Shown here one piece after another: positions 33,374 through 44,589 of a DNA stretch of 64,000 bases. Position 1 is the first letter of the stretch; each line of letters opens with the position of its first letter. Source of the DNA: Trypanosoma brucei (lineage: Eukaryota); the NCBI GenBank assembly GCA_000002445.1, contig CH464491.1, positions 2,080,001 to 2,144,000 on the forward strand. The letters are read 5' to 3'. The notes below the pieces were generated by a model. The model had not been told where the DNA came from. It saw only the letters and a program-made list of their open reading frames with translations, and did not search any database. A program made the position numbers and the translations under genes.

Positions 33374-34431
33374 CCTTCTCGTTCCCTTCTGGTAACACGC
33401 TTACGAGGGGGGGAGAAGTAACGGTACATATATATATTTATTTATGGTCTCATTCCACCAAAAAAGGGCGAATTCAAGGCACTACATCACCTAATTTTGT
33501 GTTTTCCTTTTTTCATTTTTTTCATGCATTTTTTACCCCTTATCTGACGTGTACCTCTGCATTTCCCCCAGTGGCGCACAGTTTTCGGTTGCACCGTTAT
33601 TAGGTCAGATTGCGGCGAGTACGGTTGTGTGTATGCAATGAGTAAACAAATAAAGCGGACGAGGTAGGGTCCGCAACGGCCACTTCTAAACTCAGATCAT
33701 AATGGCGCAAGTCGCTTCCCAACAGCGGAACCAATTTGTAAAAGTTCCCTCCGCCTCTCCTGGCCCTTAGAAGGAAATATATATATATATATATTATGTA
33801 TGCTTAAAAAGAAACGAAAACCTCTGCTGCTGGTGGCCTCCTCTTCTCATTGGAATACTACGAGTTTTTCACTGGGGAAGAGTGGATATGAAGGGTTCTG
33901 TCTGTGTCTTCCAGAGAAACTAATGTATAGTTTTTTTTGCTTACGTTGTCTCCCCTTGTTCTCTTTCCGCCTCTATTACTACACAATGCTATCACTGTTT
34001 TCATTTCCCGTCCCCTCACATCCTCCCTCAGCTAAACAATAACCAAATATTATTCCCCCCTTTGACTCGCAAGCCTCTATCGTTTCCACTCAACATACTC
34101 CACCACTCCTCTCCTTTCCCAGCCCTAGTTCCATCCATAGACAGTCACATCTAGAAAAATTATTTTAAAAACGAACAAACAAAAGACACATACATACGTA
34201 CATCTTTGTGCGTACAATCCCTCCACTTCTTCGTATCATCAGGGCACCTCGTTACATACATGCAGCGCGCACTGTTTTAAGAGAATCAAAACATCCACTG
34301 CGTCGCTGTGGTCAGGAGGCTGTATCTGTACGAGTACGAAAAAGATAACAAACACACATACACACACACATACATATATTTATAATATAGAGCGTCAAAG
34401 GGGAGGAGTGCACGCACATAGATAAATAGGA

Positions 34432-36321
34432 TTACAGCGTCTTAAACTCCAAGTCACAGACAGACCAAATCATAATAGCGCCTTCGTCACCAACGGACAC
34501 AATTTTCTTGCCGTCGGGGGAAACACGTACTTTCGTGATATTGCAGCTGTGTGCCAAACCGACAGCGGCGCATGAGCCCTCGTCGTACCCCCAAACCTTT
34601 ACAATACGGTCAGCGCCACCCGAAACGAAAAAGCGGCCATCGGTGGACAAAGAAAGACTATTCACTTCAGCTGTCTTACTTCCGGGAACCTCGCGAATGG
34701 CTCCACAGTCCACGGAATCCCACCAGGTGATATTTTTGTTTGTCCCTGTAGTGAGCAACTGGCTTTCGTCTACGTAGTACGCTACCGCACGGAACCTTGT
34801 TTGCGAATAAATCACATCCCGACGGACGTGACGCACCAGATCCCACACGATGCAGCTACCGTCATCGCTGGCGCTGACACACTGCGTGTTATCGCGTGTA
34901 ATGGCAATGGCATTCACGATTCCCTTGTGCTCGCTCAAAGAGGCCTCAAGTGTGCAGTGAGTTTCCCGCACCTGCCATACACGAACAAGCCCGTCAGCAC
35001 CACCAGATATGATGCGTTCGGAGCTGTTGTCCGTGCACACAGCAGTAACGCCAGTAACCCCGTTGGCGGACTTCAGTCCCTCTTTTTTGTGGGCGTCATT
35101 AACAGCAAATATCAGTTTTCCACTTTGTGGGCCAAAAGCGCGAAGTTTCCCATCGTCCCAGCCAGAAACTATCATGGAACCATCCTTAGAGAACTGAATG
35201 CAGTTGCAAGTTAACCCTGCTATCTCAATGCGCAGAAGCTCTGCCGACGATGCCGCGTTCCACACTCTAATATCGGGTCCGCAGCACGTTGCGAAGAGCG
35301 CGCTAAGCCCCTCAGGGAAAACCACATCATTTATCGTGTCGCTGTGGCACGTAAGACGCAACTCTGCACGGAAGTTCCCCCCCTCAACAAGGTACACATT
35401 ACTGCTCATCGTTCCAACAAGAAACCCATGAGGAACCGTGCAAATTCCCGTAACAGAGCCTTGCACTGTTACCGTCTTAAGAATTGTCAGGTTAATCTTC
35501 GAAAGTAATGCCACTTCACCGGAACCACTTCCCACAAGCACATCACCTGAGGGATCAAGCACCATTGAAGTTATGCCACCAGACAACATCTGCTGCGGGC
35601 CGCTCATTTTGTATGCAAGAGCATCACGTTCCAGCAGCACACACATCACGTACCCAGTTGTTGTGCCGCAGTACGCGTAGCGGTCGGTCGCCTCCACAAC
35701 AACGGAGGTGATGCAGCGACGGGTGTTCCCCACATTCACGTCTTCTGCGGTCATTTTGCGATCCTTACCGTCAATAGTCCACACACGGAGTGACCCTATC
35801 CCTGCTGTGATAAGCTTATCACTGCTATTGTTGTAGAAAACAACGGTCTTGGATTCGGTATGGTGCGCAGGTGCACCGCAGAGTGGACGACCCGTGGCCA
35901 CGTCCCAAACGACGACAGCCTTGTCGTCTATTCCACCGATAGAAGCCAGGTACCGCTCGTCTGAAGAGAATGCGAGCGCCTGTACCTTCACTTTGTGGAG
36001 AAGCATGCGATGAATCATGCGGCGCTGTTCGAAATCGAAAATGCAAACGTCCGCCTGAAATCCTGGGTGAGCCATCTGCCCTGACGCAATGTAACGGCCG
36101 CTTGCGCTCACGGCCAGGTAGCTGATTTTGTCATTGTGGCCGTAAAGGAAGTCAGAGGAAGACCGGTCACTTATTTTCTGAATGACAATGCACGCTCCCA
36201 AAGCGTATATCAGATGTTCTCCATTGGGGTGCGCAAGGATACTGTTGGGAATGCGGCCGCTGTAGCCAATGACACCATCGAGGGTCAACCGCGGGGTTGT
36301 TTCGTACTCCTTCGCTGCCAT
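34432..36321 (-). CDS. CFAP52: cilia- and flagella-associated protein 52 (WDR16), WD40-repeat axonemal protein
   Basis: The track start at 36438 is a TTG; the first ATG is at 36319-36321 (MAAKEYETTPRLTLDGVIGYSG). Long colinear similarity to human CFAP52 as I remember it (LDAVIGFNG / HP..EH.IY.LGC.V.IQ / YIASGQ / LHK.K..ALAFS / VVVW...). Multiple WD repeats. 629 aa. Confidence 0.85.
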   Translation of the reverse strand: MAAKEYETTPRLTLDGVIGYSGRIPNSILAHPNGEHLIYALGACIVIQKISDRSSSDFLYGHNDKISYLAVSASGRYIASGQMAHPGFQADVCIFDFEQRRMIHRMLLHKVKVQALAFSSDERYLASIGGIDDKAVVVWDVATGRPLCGAPAHHTESKTVVFYNNSSDKLITAGIGSLRVWTIDGKDRKMTAEDVNVGNTRRCITSVVVEATDRYAYCGTTTGYVMCVLLERDALAYKMSGPQQMLSGGITSMVLDPSGDVLVGSGSGEVALLSKINLTILKTVTVQGSVTGICTVPHGFLVGTMSSNVYLVEGGNFRAELRLTCHSDTINDVVFPEGLSALFATCCGPDIRVWNAASSAELLRIEIAGLTCNCIQFSKDGSMIVSGWDDGKLRAFGPQSGKLIFAVNDAHKKEGLKSANGVTGVTAVCTDNSSERIISGGADGLVRVWQVRETHCTLEASLSEHKGIVNAIAITRDNTQCVSASDDGSCIVWDLVRHVRRDVIYSQTRFRAVAYYVDESQLLTTGTNKNITWWDSVDCGAIREVPGSKTAEVNSLSLSTDGRFFVSGGADRIVKVWGYDEGSCAAVGLAHSCNITKVRVSPDGKKIVSVGDEGAIMIWSVCDLEFKTL

Positions 36322-38516
36322 ATCAACACAACGGAAGGGTGGCAGTTGGACTCTGTAAAGCAATAAATATGCGTCAATGCACTGCCCGCTTTTCTTTTTA
36401 GTCCCCGCCCCTTTTTTTTGACGAGATGCTACTTTCAATTTACAGCACTCTCTATTTTATACTTTTTCTTAACCTTTGAATCGATTTTTTCCTTTGTTTG
36501 CAACTTGGACACTCTTTTCAACCGCGTGGGAAAACAGAAAGGACGAGGGGAGAAGGAACCGAATGGGTTTGCGAAAGACATCACTAAACCTTAATGGAAA
36601 ATAAAACAACAGTAGAGCGCAAAACCTGCATCCTTATTTCCAGCACTGCTGCTTCAAATCATTTAGCAATATAATCACCTCATACGACAACAACGCCATA
36701 GAATCTTTCCAACAACAACGGTGCCTCCATCGCCACCGCCTCTCATCTACGAAGACTAGCGACGTACAAGTACTGTTCACACACATGAAAGCATTTCGAA
36801 TACAGTAACCGCAAGCACAAGAGCACGGACACAAATCGACTTCTCCATCGCCTTCATTAATGTTCCAACAACCACAACAAAGAGGCACAAGAGCCCATGC
36901 GTGACCGCACTAACATACAAATGCAGACGCATATATATGCATTTATCCATCCGTGTTGATTTCTACTATCCGATCATTTGGGGTTGCGACGCTCCTATAA
37001 CTAAAACCGGACAGTAATAAGAGAAGTGAGAGTGTAGATAATGAAACAGTTGGTGCATAGAGAGAGAAAGAGAGGAAAGCTGTGCAGGGCAAATAACAGA
37101 AGAAATATAAATGACAAGCAATACAACGCACCGCTCCATCCTCTCCTCTTGTTACTACACACAGCAATGATAGGCCAGCAGTAGGAACTGTGAACAGCAA
37201 AAAAAAAACGTAGCTGTTTAAATCATAGCGATCCCATCACTTTCTTCAACATTCTCCTCCTTCTTCTTCTTTCCTTCCCTCTCTTTCTTTGTTTTTTTTT
37301 CGATTCCATGAGGAAAAAGAAGGAAAGTGAAGAAAATAGACACGACAACGACGAAAGAAAACATGAGAACAAAAGAGTGGGTGAGAAGAAAAATTTGTGA
37401 CTTTCTTCCCTTTTGTAGAGCGTAGCGGGTGCTGAAAATAACTGGTGATCAGAGAGTCAAATATGATTACAAGCGTGACGGGACAGATACAAGTGCCCAA
37501 GGGGTCTGGGTAAGAAAATATATTAACCACTTTCCCTTCGGTACACCTATCCCAATGACTTTTCCTCTCCTTTTTGTTTAATTTCCCCGTTTTTTTCCCT
37601 CCTTCACCGCGTGGCACGTGGCGTCACTTCAACTCATTATTTTCAACTACAGGGGTGGACGCCCTCCTCAGCAACAAACAATGATTGAATACAAAAAAAG
37701 CAGTAAAACGGGATATGCAGCGATAAGACAACGGGGTATGGTGTTGTTGGCGTAGGTATTCAGAGGAATAAAAACAATAACAAAAATGGGGAATTGCTGA
37801 AAGAAAGAAAGAAGGAACGCGAAAAAAAAAACTAAAACAAAAAACAAGACAACACCGTGCCACGCTTTGGCCCGGAGTGAAGCAAGCACAAAAGGTCAGG
37901 AGGTAAGTGATCGGAAGCAAAAAACAAATAAACACAAACACACGCACAAAAAAAAAGGAACAAAAAAAAGTTGCGCCCAAGCGCTGCAGACACCAATAAA
38001 AAACTCACGCAGTAGCAGGAGTGAAAAAAGAAGCGGAAAGTTAAGAAGTGAATTGAATAAAAGAAAATAGGAAATGTTCACTGCCAATTCAGCTCTCAAC
38101 CTCTTTCTCTCTTTCTCCACCCCCAAATTCCTTTTTCGCTCTACATTCCTTAAGCGGCACACGACAAAACCGGCATTAATGCTTTGCAGTGATATGCATT
38201 GGTAAAAAAAACGCATACACACATATATCATCTTAATAATCACACAGATACACACGCGAGAGTGACACACCCCAATTGTGTTCGATTGGTAAGCGTTTTT
38301 TAGCACTGTTCTTCCACTTTAATTCGTTTTCCTATTTCCTCTTTTTCCTTATTTGGCTCGTTCGTTCTTGATTCACGCTTTCGTGTTTGTCGTCTCCATA
38401 CGCAACAAACATAAACACATTCGACAAACGGACACGCCACTGGCACTGCCATCAGCAGCAACAACAGCAAAAATTTGTACAGAAGAAAACAAAAAGTATG
38501 AAACAACGTATGAAAA

Positions 38517-40694
38517 TTACACACCACAGATGAGTTGAGTAGCATCCAAGCGTCTCAGTTTCTCGCCGTACTCCATGGGAATAAAGAGAGGAGGCTCCAT
38601 CGTTTCGAAATAGTCGAAAACCCTCAACCGCGCCCTTTCATAGCTTTGAATAAGTGAAGAAGCCGCTACACATAACTCCATACGGGCATTCGAAGCTGCC
38701 GGAGCGCTGGCCAATAATGGCGTATGCACTTGGGTAGAAGACAGGGGGACATAAACACTGTTCAGTATTCCCACGGCAGCATCAATCATATCTTTCCATT
38801 CGCGCATGTCTTTGTTCTCTACACGTCGGATATAGGCGGTGTCACGCCGGATGTCATCATCGGTGCCCTCCATAACAATAGCTCCGGGTGAAGTGAGGAG
38901 GTCGAACGTTTTGCACACCGCTAATAACATACCAGGCTTAAGGTCTTCCAGTGTCGAGTTTCGCGTAAGATTTTTGTACGTCGGCAGGGCCTGAATGGCG
39001 CGGAAGCCCGGAATACATAAGTAGGAGGATTCAGCTGCGCGTACAAACACTACATGGAGAGTGACATCTACTTTTAGCGAATTGTATAACTGAGGGGCGG
39101 GAGGCCACGGTAGAGCATCTCGACTGTCACCCCCACAGTGCTCACCACTGACATCAAGACGGGAAAACTCATCCTCAGGTATGGAGGAAGCGCATAAAAG
39201 TAAGTACATCATGAGTTTATACTGATCATACCCAACAAAACTGGTTGCCCGTGGGACATCACCCAACATGCGTGCATTAAGCTCAATCAACACAGGCATT
39301 CCTTTGGTGGAGCTACCGGGGCGATTATCCACGCGGACCTCACAATGCGAGCACCCCTGTTGCAACCCGAGAGCATCAAGACACTTTAACGTGTAAGCTA
39401 CCACACGTCTTTCCTCACTGCTCGCGGGTAACTTCGACAACTCATGCACAAATTCTATGCGATCATACATCAATACGGTGGTGGTGTGTGGCACCGGCTC
39501 CCTCCCGCGGCCGCTCGTTAGGTACGACTGCATTAGCTTCTTTTCCACAGATGGCCTCAGACGGGTACTTTTCACCGGGTATGGATACTTCCAGCTCTTC
39601 CATACATCCGACACGACATGTATTCCCATGTAGCTTACAACATTGACGACGTATTCAGGGCCCTCGATGTACTCCTGCAGCAACATATGGGAGGCGTCCG
39701 TTTGCTGAGTCGTTTGAACTTCGGAAGAAACTGCAAACGCGATGTCAACATCATTTTCGTCATAGCATAGGGTGACGAATTCGGATCCTGCACCACTGAC
39801 AGGTTTCACTATAACAGGAAACATTATCCGTTCCCTCCTCATCTGCCGTTTCATTTCCCCCACATCACGTCCAGAGAACCCTTTGATATACAGCAAACCG
39901 TGCTCCTTCAATGTGTTTTGCATACTGCTCTTGTCTTGCCTTTTTGACACCGACGTTGCAGGGTCATTTCCCAGTAAAATGCGCGTCCTACGTGCGGTAG
40001 ACAACGCAGCATCAGCGCAACACGGAACCTGAGCGTGCGCACGCGCATATGTCTCTGATATTGACCTAGGCACCCTACAGCACCGACCGGAACCTCCATA
40101 CGGATAGGCGAGGCGGCGGGTGTCGGGGTCACCAAAGTGCCTTCGATGAAGGTAGTCCACAAGTGGTACTACTCCATCAACCGCGGTAACAAACGCAACA
40201 ATGTCTGAGAATCCCTCTGTAACGACCTTCCTCTGATAGAAGTCTTCATAAGCAGCCGGCCCGTCTAACACATCAGCAGCATCTGTGTCAACGAAATGTA
40301 CCTCAATCCCAGGCCCGGAGTTGATTTTTTCTGCTACCTCAGCCCATGTCAGTAAGGGATATCCCTTTGAGCGTCCGTTTAGGTTTGCTTTGCTGAAACA
40401 AGGGAGCTGCGAGCTGTCAATGGGCAGTAACGACTTGGCAAGATCCTGCATATGCTCACGCTGAAGCAAATATACCTCAACAGCTACCAGACAAGGCCGT
40501 TCTTTACGCCTCAGATCAGCTACACATGCATCTACATTCGGCCAGTGCCGGCGAACTGTGCACTGAGCAGACTCCCACGAACAACCGAAGTTGTCCACGA
40601 GATAATTTATTAGCCGGGCATAGTCTTCGTTATCGACGGTTGGAGAGGTCTGAAGAAGTTTGTCGCAGTGGCTGCACTGCTCCTCCTTCGGCAT
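38517..40694 (-). CDS. ATP-grasp domain-containing protein (putative ATP-dependent carboxylate-amine ligase), unknown substrate
   Basis: 725-aa ORF starting MPKEEQ. ATP-grasp-like blocks: VIVKPVSGAGSEFV (ATP-binding Lys loop), LLQEYIEGPEYVVNVV, and the catalytic CEVRVDNRPG...MPVLIELNARMLGD (hhE.N.R). The N-terminal ~230 aa is a separate Cys-containing domain. Confidence 0.55.
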   Translation of the reverse strand: MPKEEQCSHCDKLLQTSPTVDNEDYARLINYLVDNFGCSWESAQCTVRRHWPNVDACVADLRRKERPCLVAVEVYLLQREHMQDLAKSLLPIDSSQLPCFSKANLNGRSKGYPLLTWAEVAEKINSGPGIEVHFVDTDAADVLDGPAAYEDFYQRKVVTEGFSDIVAFVTAVDGVVPLVDYLHRRHFGDPDTRRLAYPYGGSGRCCRVPRSISETYARAHAQVPCCADAALSTARRTRILLGNDPATSVSKRQDKSSMQNTLKEHGLLYIKGFSGRDVGEMKRQMRRERIMFPVIVKPVSGAGSEFVTLCYDENDVDIAFAVSSEVQTTQQTDASHMLLQEYIEGPEYVVNVVSYMGIHVVSDVWKSWKYPYPVKSTRLRPSVEKKLMQSYLTSGRGREPVPHTTTVLMYDRIEFVHELSKLPASSEERRVVAYTLKCLDALGLQQGCSHCEVRVDNRPGSSTKGMPVLIELNARMLGDVPRATSFVGYDQYKLMMYLLLCASSIPEDEFSRLDVSGEHCGGDSRDALPWPPAPQLYNSLKVDVTLHVVFVRAAESSYLCIPGFRAIQALPTYKNLTRNSTLEDLKPGMLLAVCKTFDLLTSPGAIVMEGTDDDIRRDTAYIRRVENKDMREWKDMIDAAVGILNSVYVPLSSTQVHTPLLASAPAASNARMELCVAASSLIQSYERARLRVFDYFETMEPPLFIPMEYGEKLRRLDATQLICGV

Positions 40695-41704
40695 ACACCC
40701 TTACCTGAAACGCGGTAAGAGCCGTATGGTGTCAGTTGATGATAAATAAATAAACAAATATATGTATACAATACCTATGCTTGTAGCCGGTCTTTCTTAA
40801 TTAACAGATGAATACTGATCTACCTTAATTTCTCCCCCTATTGGCCCAGAGGGTCAAACCAAATGTGAAGCACGGCGTGAAACACACCTCCCTAATTTAA
40901 AACTACCCACCATGCAGACAAATTAACCAACAGATAAAAAAGTAGAGAAAAGGTACTCTGAGAGCAGCGCCACATGATCGACACGTGTGCGTAAGCTTCC
41001 CTCCCCAGACACAAACACACACACCTCGCTTAAGGAAGCCACCCTCACAAAACCGAGTCTGTGCCCCCTCCGCAGCAGGCCCGTAAGATTCTTTACTAGC
41101 ATATAGTTTGTACTTCCACCTATACGACATACAAATTACAAATAGTGTTAGGACAAGATAATTACAAGCATATAGCGGGGAGACGGATGACGAAAGAAGG
41201 TAATAGTACAAGAGGAAAAGATAAAAGAAAAAGTTATGGGAGTGTGCTGCTTCGCCCTTCCTCTTCCTCTTCATCATCCGTCGTCCCATTACTATCGCAT
41301 ACCAATAATAATCCCACATTCACCTCCTCGGATCCGTCCCAACTGAACTCCGAAACAAAGCTCGCCTTCAAAAATGCCAGCTAACGTAACACTGGAAAAG
41401 AGGAACAAAAAAGTTACAAAGAGGGGAGTAAGGAACACAACAGAAGGTGTTTTTAATCAATGTCTGGCACCCACTCTGAGTCGTAACGTTCCACGGCCGT
41501 CCCTAACTCCCCTGAATTTTTTTAATGGATTAATACACCAAGGTGGAAGGTAAAGAAGAAAGTAAATGAAGGTAAAGCGCCACCTGCTACCTGGTGTGTA
41601 TACTTGTTCCGCTTCTCCCACCCCCCGCCCATCAGTCCAAAAAGCAAATACAAGTTTGCACGAGGAAATTGGCGCGGAACAATCCCTTTCCATGTTCCCT
41701 CCAC

Positions 41705-43537
41705 TTAAATTGAAAAGGCAACAGCTTCCTCAATGTAAGGCTCAACAGCTCTCACTTCTTCACAGCGGCGAGTGGCCGTCGGACCACCGTTAACTCTGTG
41801 TGAGTCACCACCGGACTTGTCATCCTCATCATCGCCTTCGATAACTTCATCTTCAAAGTAAAGCAGCTCCTTGTCGTCCTCCTCATCTGTGGGAGTCGAA
41901 CCGTTCCTTTCAAGAGTCGGTGTTGCCCTGTTCGTGCCGTTCACTGTGGAACAAGCTCTGGATGATGATTGCATTGAGAATATTGAATCAGAAACCTTAG
42001 ATTCGGAAGCCGAAACGGTGCCGTCGCGCTCTACACTCGATGCAGATTGACGGTGAAGGGGGAAAACAGAAGAAAATGAGTCCGTTTCCTCGTACTGTGC
42101 GCGCTCATCAGCACTCATCCCCATCCAAACCTTGCGCATGCGTTCAAAGAACGCACGGTTTCCACATGCCTTGCCCGTCATCATCAAGCCGTGGACATAA
42201 CACTGTTTCCAGTAAAAACGACGGAACGCAACACCGGAATGGTTGGATGCGGATATGGGTGCATAGAAGCAAAAACTAAGTGCGGCCTTCTGCAAGTCTG
42301 ACAAAAATGACCAGCGTAACATCGCCTCCTCTCGAGTAAGGCCATAGTCACGGCAGGCGTAACGAATAAACAGGTGAGCACCTCCAACCGGGTGCATCTC
42401 CATTGTTCGCTCAAAGCAGTAAAATTTGACTTGTTCTTCTTTCGGGATCATGTGCCAACTGGGAGACTCGTCTCTTGAACGCCGCAGCGTGGCATCCACG
42501 GATCCATTTTTTTTGATCACATATTTGTAGTGCTCGTGACGATAATATGTGAGGGCGGGACTTGTCATCGCCCGCACTTCCTTGAGCGCTGCCACGCCAC
42601 TCAAAACCTTTGCGGCAAAAACTCGCTCTTGCTCATACTCACGACGCAACTGGTCTTCATTATCCTCGGCCTCTTTTAAGCACTTTTGCTTCGCTTGGTT
42701 CGTTAGCTTCTTGAACGCCCGGTCAATGTGTGGCCGCTGGAATTTCGCAAGTTCTCCGATAACGTCCCGCTGCTCCTTAACCTCACTGCGCTCCACGAGC
42801 TCCTCGTTGCGAATCGGACCCTGACGCAGCGCCCACTCGTACATAGGGGGACAGACGCTAAAATCATTTCTCTTGAGCACCATGAAAGCCTGAAACAACC
42901 TAAACGACCCACCAACCTTAGCAGTAAAAAATTGACGCAAGTGTTTCTCCACATTGGCGTGGTAGTACAAGTTGATACTTATCCTTCCTGTCTTTTTGTT
43001 GGTGTACCGATCCCATTCCTCCTTTGTGGGTGGCTCCACACCGACGCTCTCAATCAATTCCACCAGATGGTCCCGGTTCTCGGGTTTCAGTATCTCGTTC
43101 TCCACCATCAGCACTATCCGGCGCGCTACAATTCCTGGTGCCTTCCTCGCTCCGTGAAAGCCGGTACTCACTAAAGAATTCACCTTATTTTTGAAAAAGA
43201 CGTACTGCTTCACATTGTCCGGTAAGTATCGGATGTGTTTTTCAACATTCGTTCCGATCGCCTGACGGTACTGGATGCGACGGTGGAAGAAAACGTCGTC
43301 GCGTATGCGGACTTCCCGACGGCTGCGTGGTTCCTTGTTGGTTTTCATGAGACGCTCACTGTTAAGGAAATTGTATTTCTTGCGATTTATTTTAACTTTG
43401 CCACGGTCTGTCCCAGGTGAAGGGTACGACGCCACCGAGCGTGTGGAAATGCAGAGCGCCGGAACGATGGCTTGAAGGTTGTTGGGACAGTGGAGGAGGC
43501 CTGAGGCCTTGCCAATAAACGACAGAGGCCTTCTCAT
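41705..43537 (-). CDS. hypothetical protein (basic N-terminal half, acidic D/E-rich C-terminus)
   Basis: ATG verified at 43535-43537. 610 aa. Same strand as the cluster. No motif recognised. Confidence 0.5.
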   Translation of the reverse strand: MRRPLSFIGKASGLLHCPNNLQAIVPALCISTRSVASYPSPGTDRGKVKINRKKYNFLNSERLMKTNKEPRSRREVRIRDDVFFHRRIQYRQAIGTNVEKHIRYLPDNVKQYVFFKNKVNSLVSTGFHGARKAPGIVARRIVLMVENEILKPENRDHLVELIESVGVEPPTKEEWDRYTNKKTGRISINLYYHANVEKHLRQFFTAKVGGSFRLFQAFMVLKRNDFSVCPPMYEWALRQGPIRNEELVERSEVKEQRDVIGELAKFQRPHIDRAFKKLTNQAKQKCLKEAEDNEDQLRREYEQERVFAAKVLSGVAALKEVRAMTSPALTYYRHEHYKYVIKKNGSVDATLRRSRDESPSWHMIPKEEQVKFYCFERTMEMHPVGGAHLFIRYACRDYGLTREEAMLRWSFLSDLQKAALSFCFYAPISASNHSGVAFRRFYWKQCYVHGLMMTGKACGNRAFFERMRKVWMGMSADERAQYEETDSFSSVFPLHRQSASSVERDGTVSASESKVSDSIFSMQSSSRACSTVNGTNRATPTLERNGSTPTDEEDDKELLYFEDEVIEGDDEDDKSGGDSHRVNGGPTATRRCEEVRAVEPYIEEAVAFSI

Positions 43538-44589
43538 TAATGATACTGCTCTAACTTTCTTTTCTTTTCCACCCCTTCTAGCTCGTACTTATGTATTCCC
43601 CCTTACCTCTCTGCTCTCTCCCTCTCGTCTGCTTACAAATACAAATAAATAAATATGTGATTAAACTTCGCGATCACACCCTTTTCTCCCCCCGGGGTTA
43701 AAAGTTAAAATACTCGAGGCGTTTGAAATTCCCCGCTTCCCTTCCAAACGCACTGATTTGTAAAAAAAAAAAAAGGAAGCACGAAACTTGGGTACAGGTG
43801 GCAACGTGCGTGCTTGCAAAACGCAACTGAGTATCCACTACTGGTTAGGGACACAGAGTACCACTGCACGTAAAAAAAAAAAAATAATAAGCGGAGGAGA
43901 AAAACAGAGTAACCCCTTATTGTTCCCCCAGTTTTCACCTTTCCAGTTGTGTTTTAAGTCAGTTTACCTCCGTTTCCCTCTGTTTTCCCCCTCACTGCTA
44001 CTTCTCTCTCCGCTCAAAAGCCGAGGGATGAGACTGATACCCAGGGGCAGCACCAGTATTATCTTCTGCTTCACAAAGAAACGCACCACAACACCGCCCA
44101 AAATGGAGGAGGTATTTGAAAAAAAGAGCAAATGGAGAAATTAATGTCGAACGTGTGGCAAGACACAGAGACCGTAAGAACAAGACCATTGGTGACACAT
44201 TTATCTGCCTCAATCACGCCAGAGCGCGAAAACACAATAAATACAGTTTGAATCTAAGACCAGAAGTGCGCGGTGGTTTTCATCACGATACCTGCAGCAA
44301 CTGTGAAAAATCATACCCGAAGTTAGATGCAGAAAAACGACCACGAAAACCGGCAGCTCCGCTCATTAGCGAATACGAAACGAAAATGCTCATACAAAGA
44401 TACAGGTCCCTCTTGTTAGCGAATGCAACGCTGCAGGATGCACCTACACGCCGCCCCTACAAGGACACTACAACGAAATGAACAACAGTGATAATAATAA
44501 ATGATAAGACTGTGCAATCCTCAGCCATACTGCAACACACAAGGCAGTAAGAAAAGTTAATGAAAACATTCACCATCAGATGCAACACA

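Noticed and set aside
37246-38306. Low-complexity ORFs (K/E/R-rich or F/L/C-rich, 73-136 aa) in the 2-kb interval between CFAP52 and the ATP-grasp gene
   Set aside because: They are translations of A/G-rich or T/C-rich simple sequence. They overlap each other in different frames and have no domain signal.
44116-44481. 121-aa plus-strand ORF with scattered Cys/His in the 43.5-44.6 kb intergenic region
   Set aside because: It is on the opposite strand to a >57-kb unidirectional cluster, which is not expected in kinetoplastids. It has no recognisable domain and is most likely a chance ORF in a UTR.
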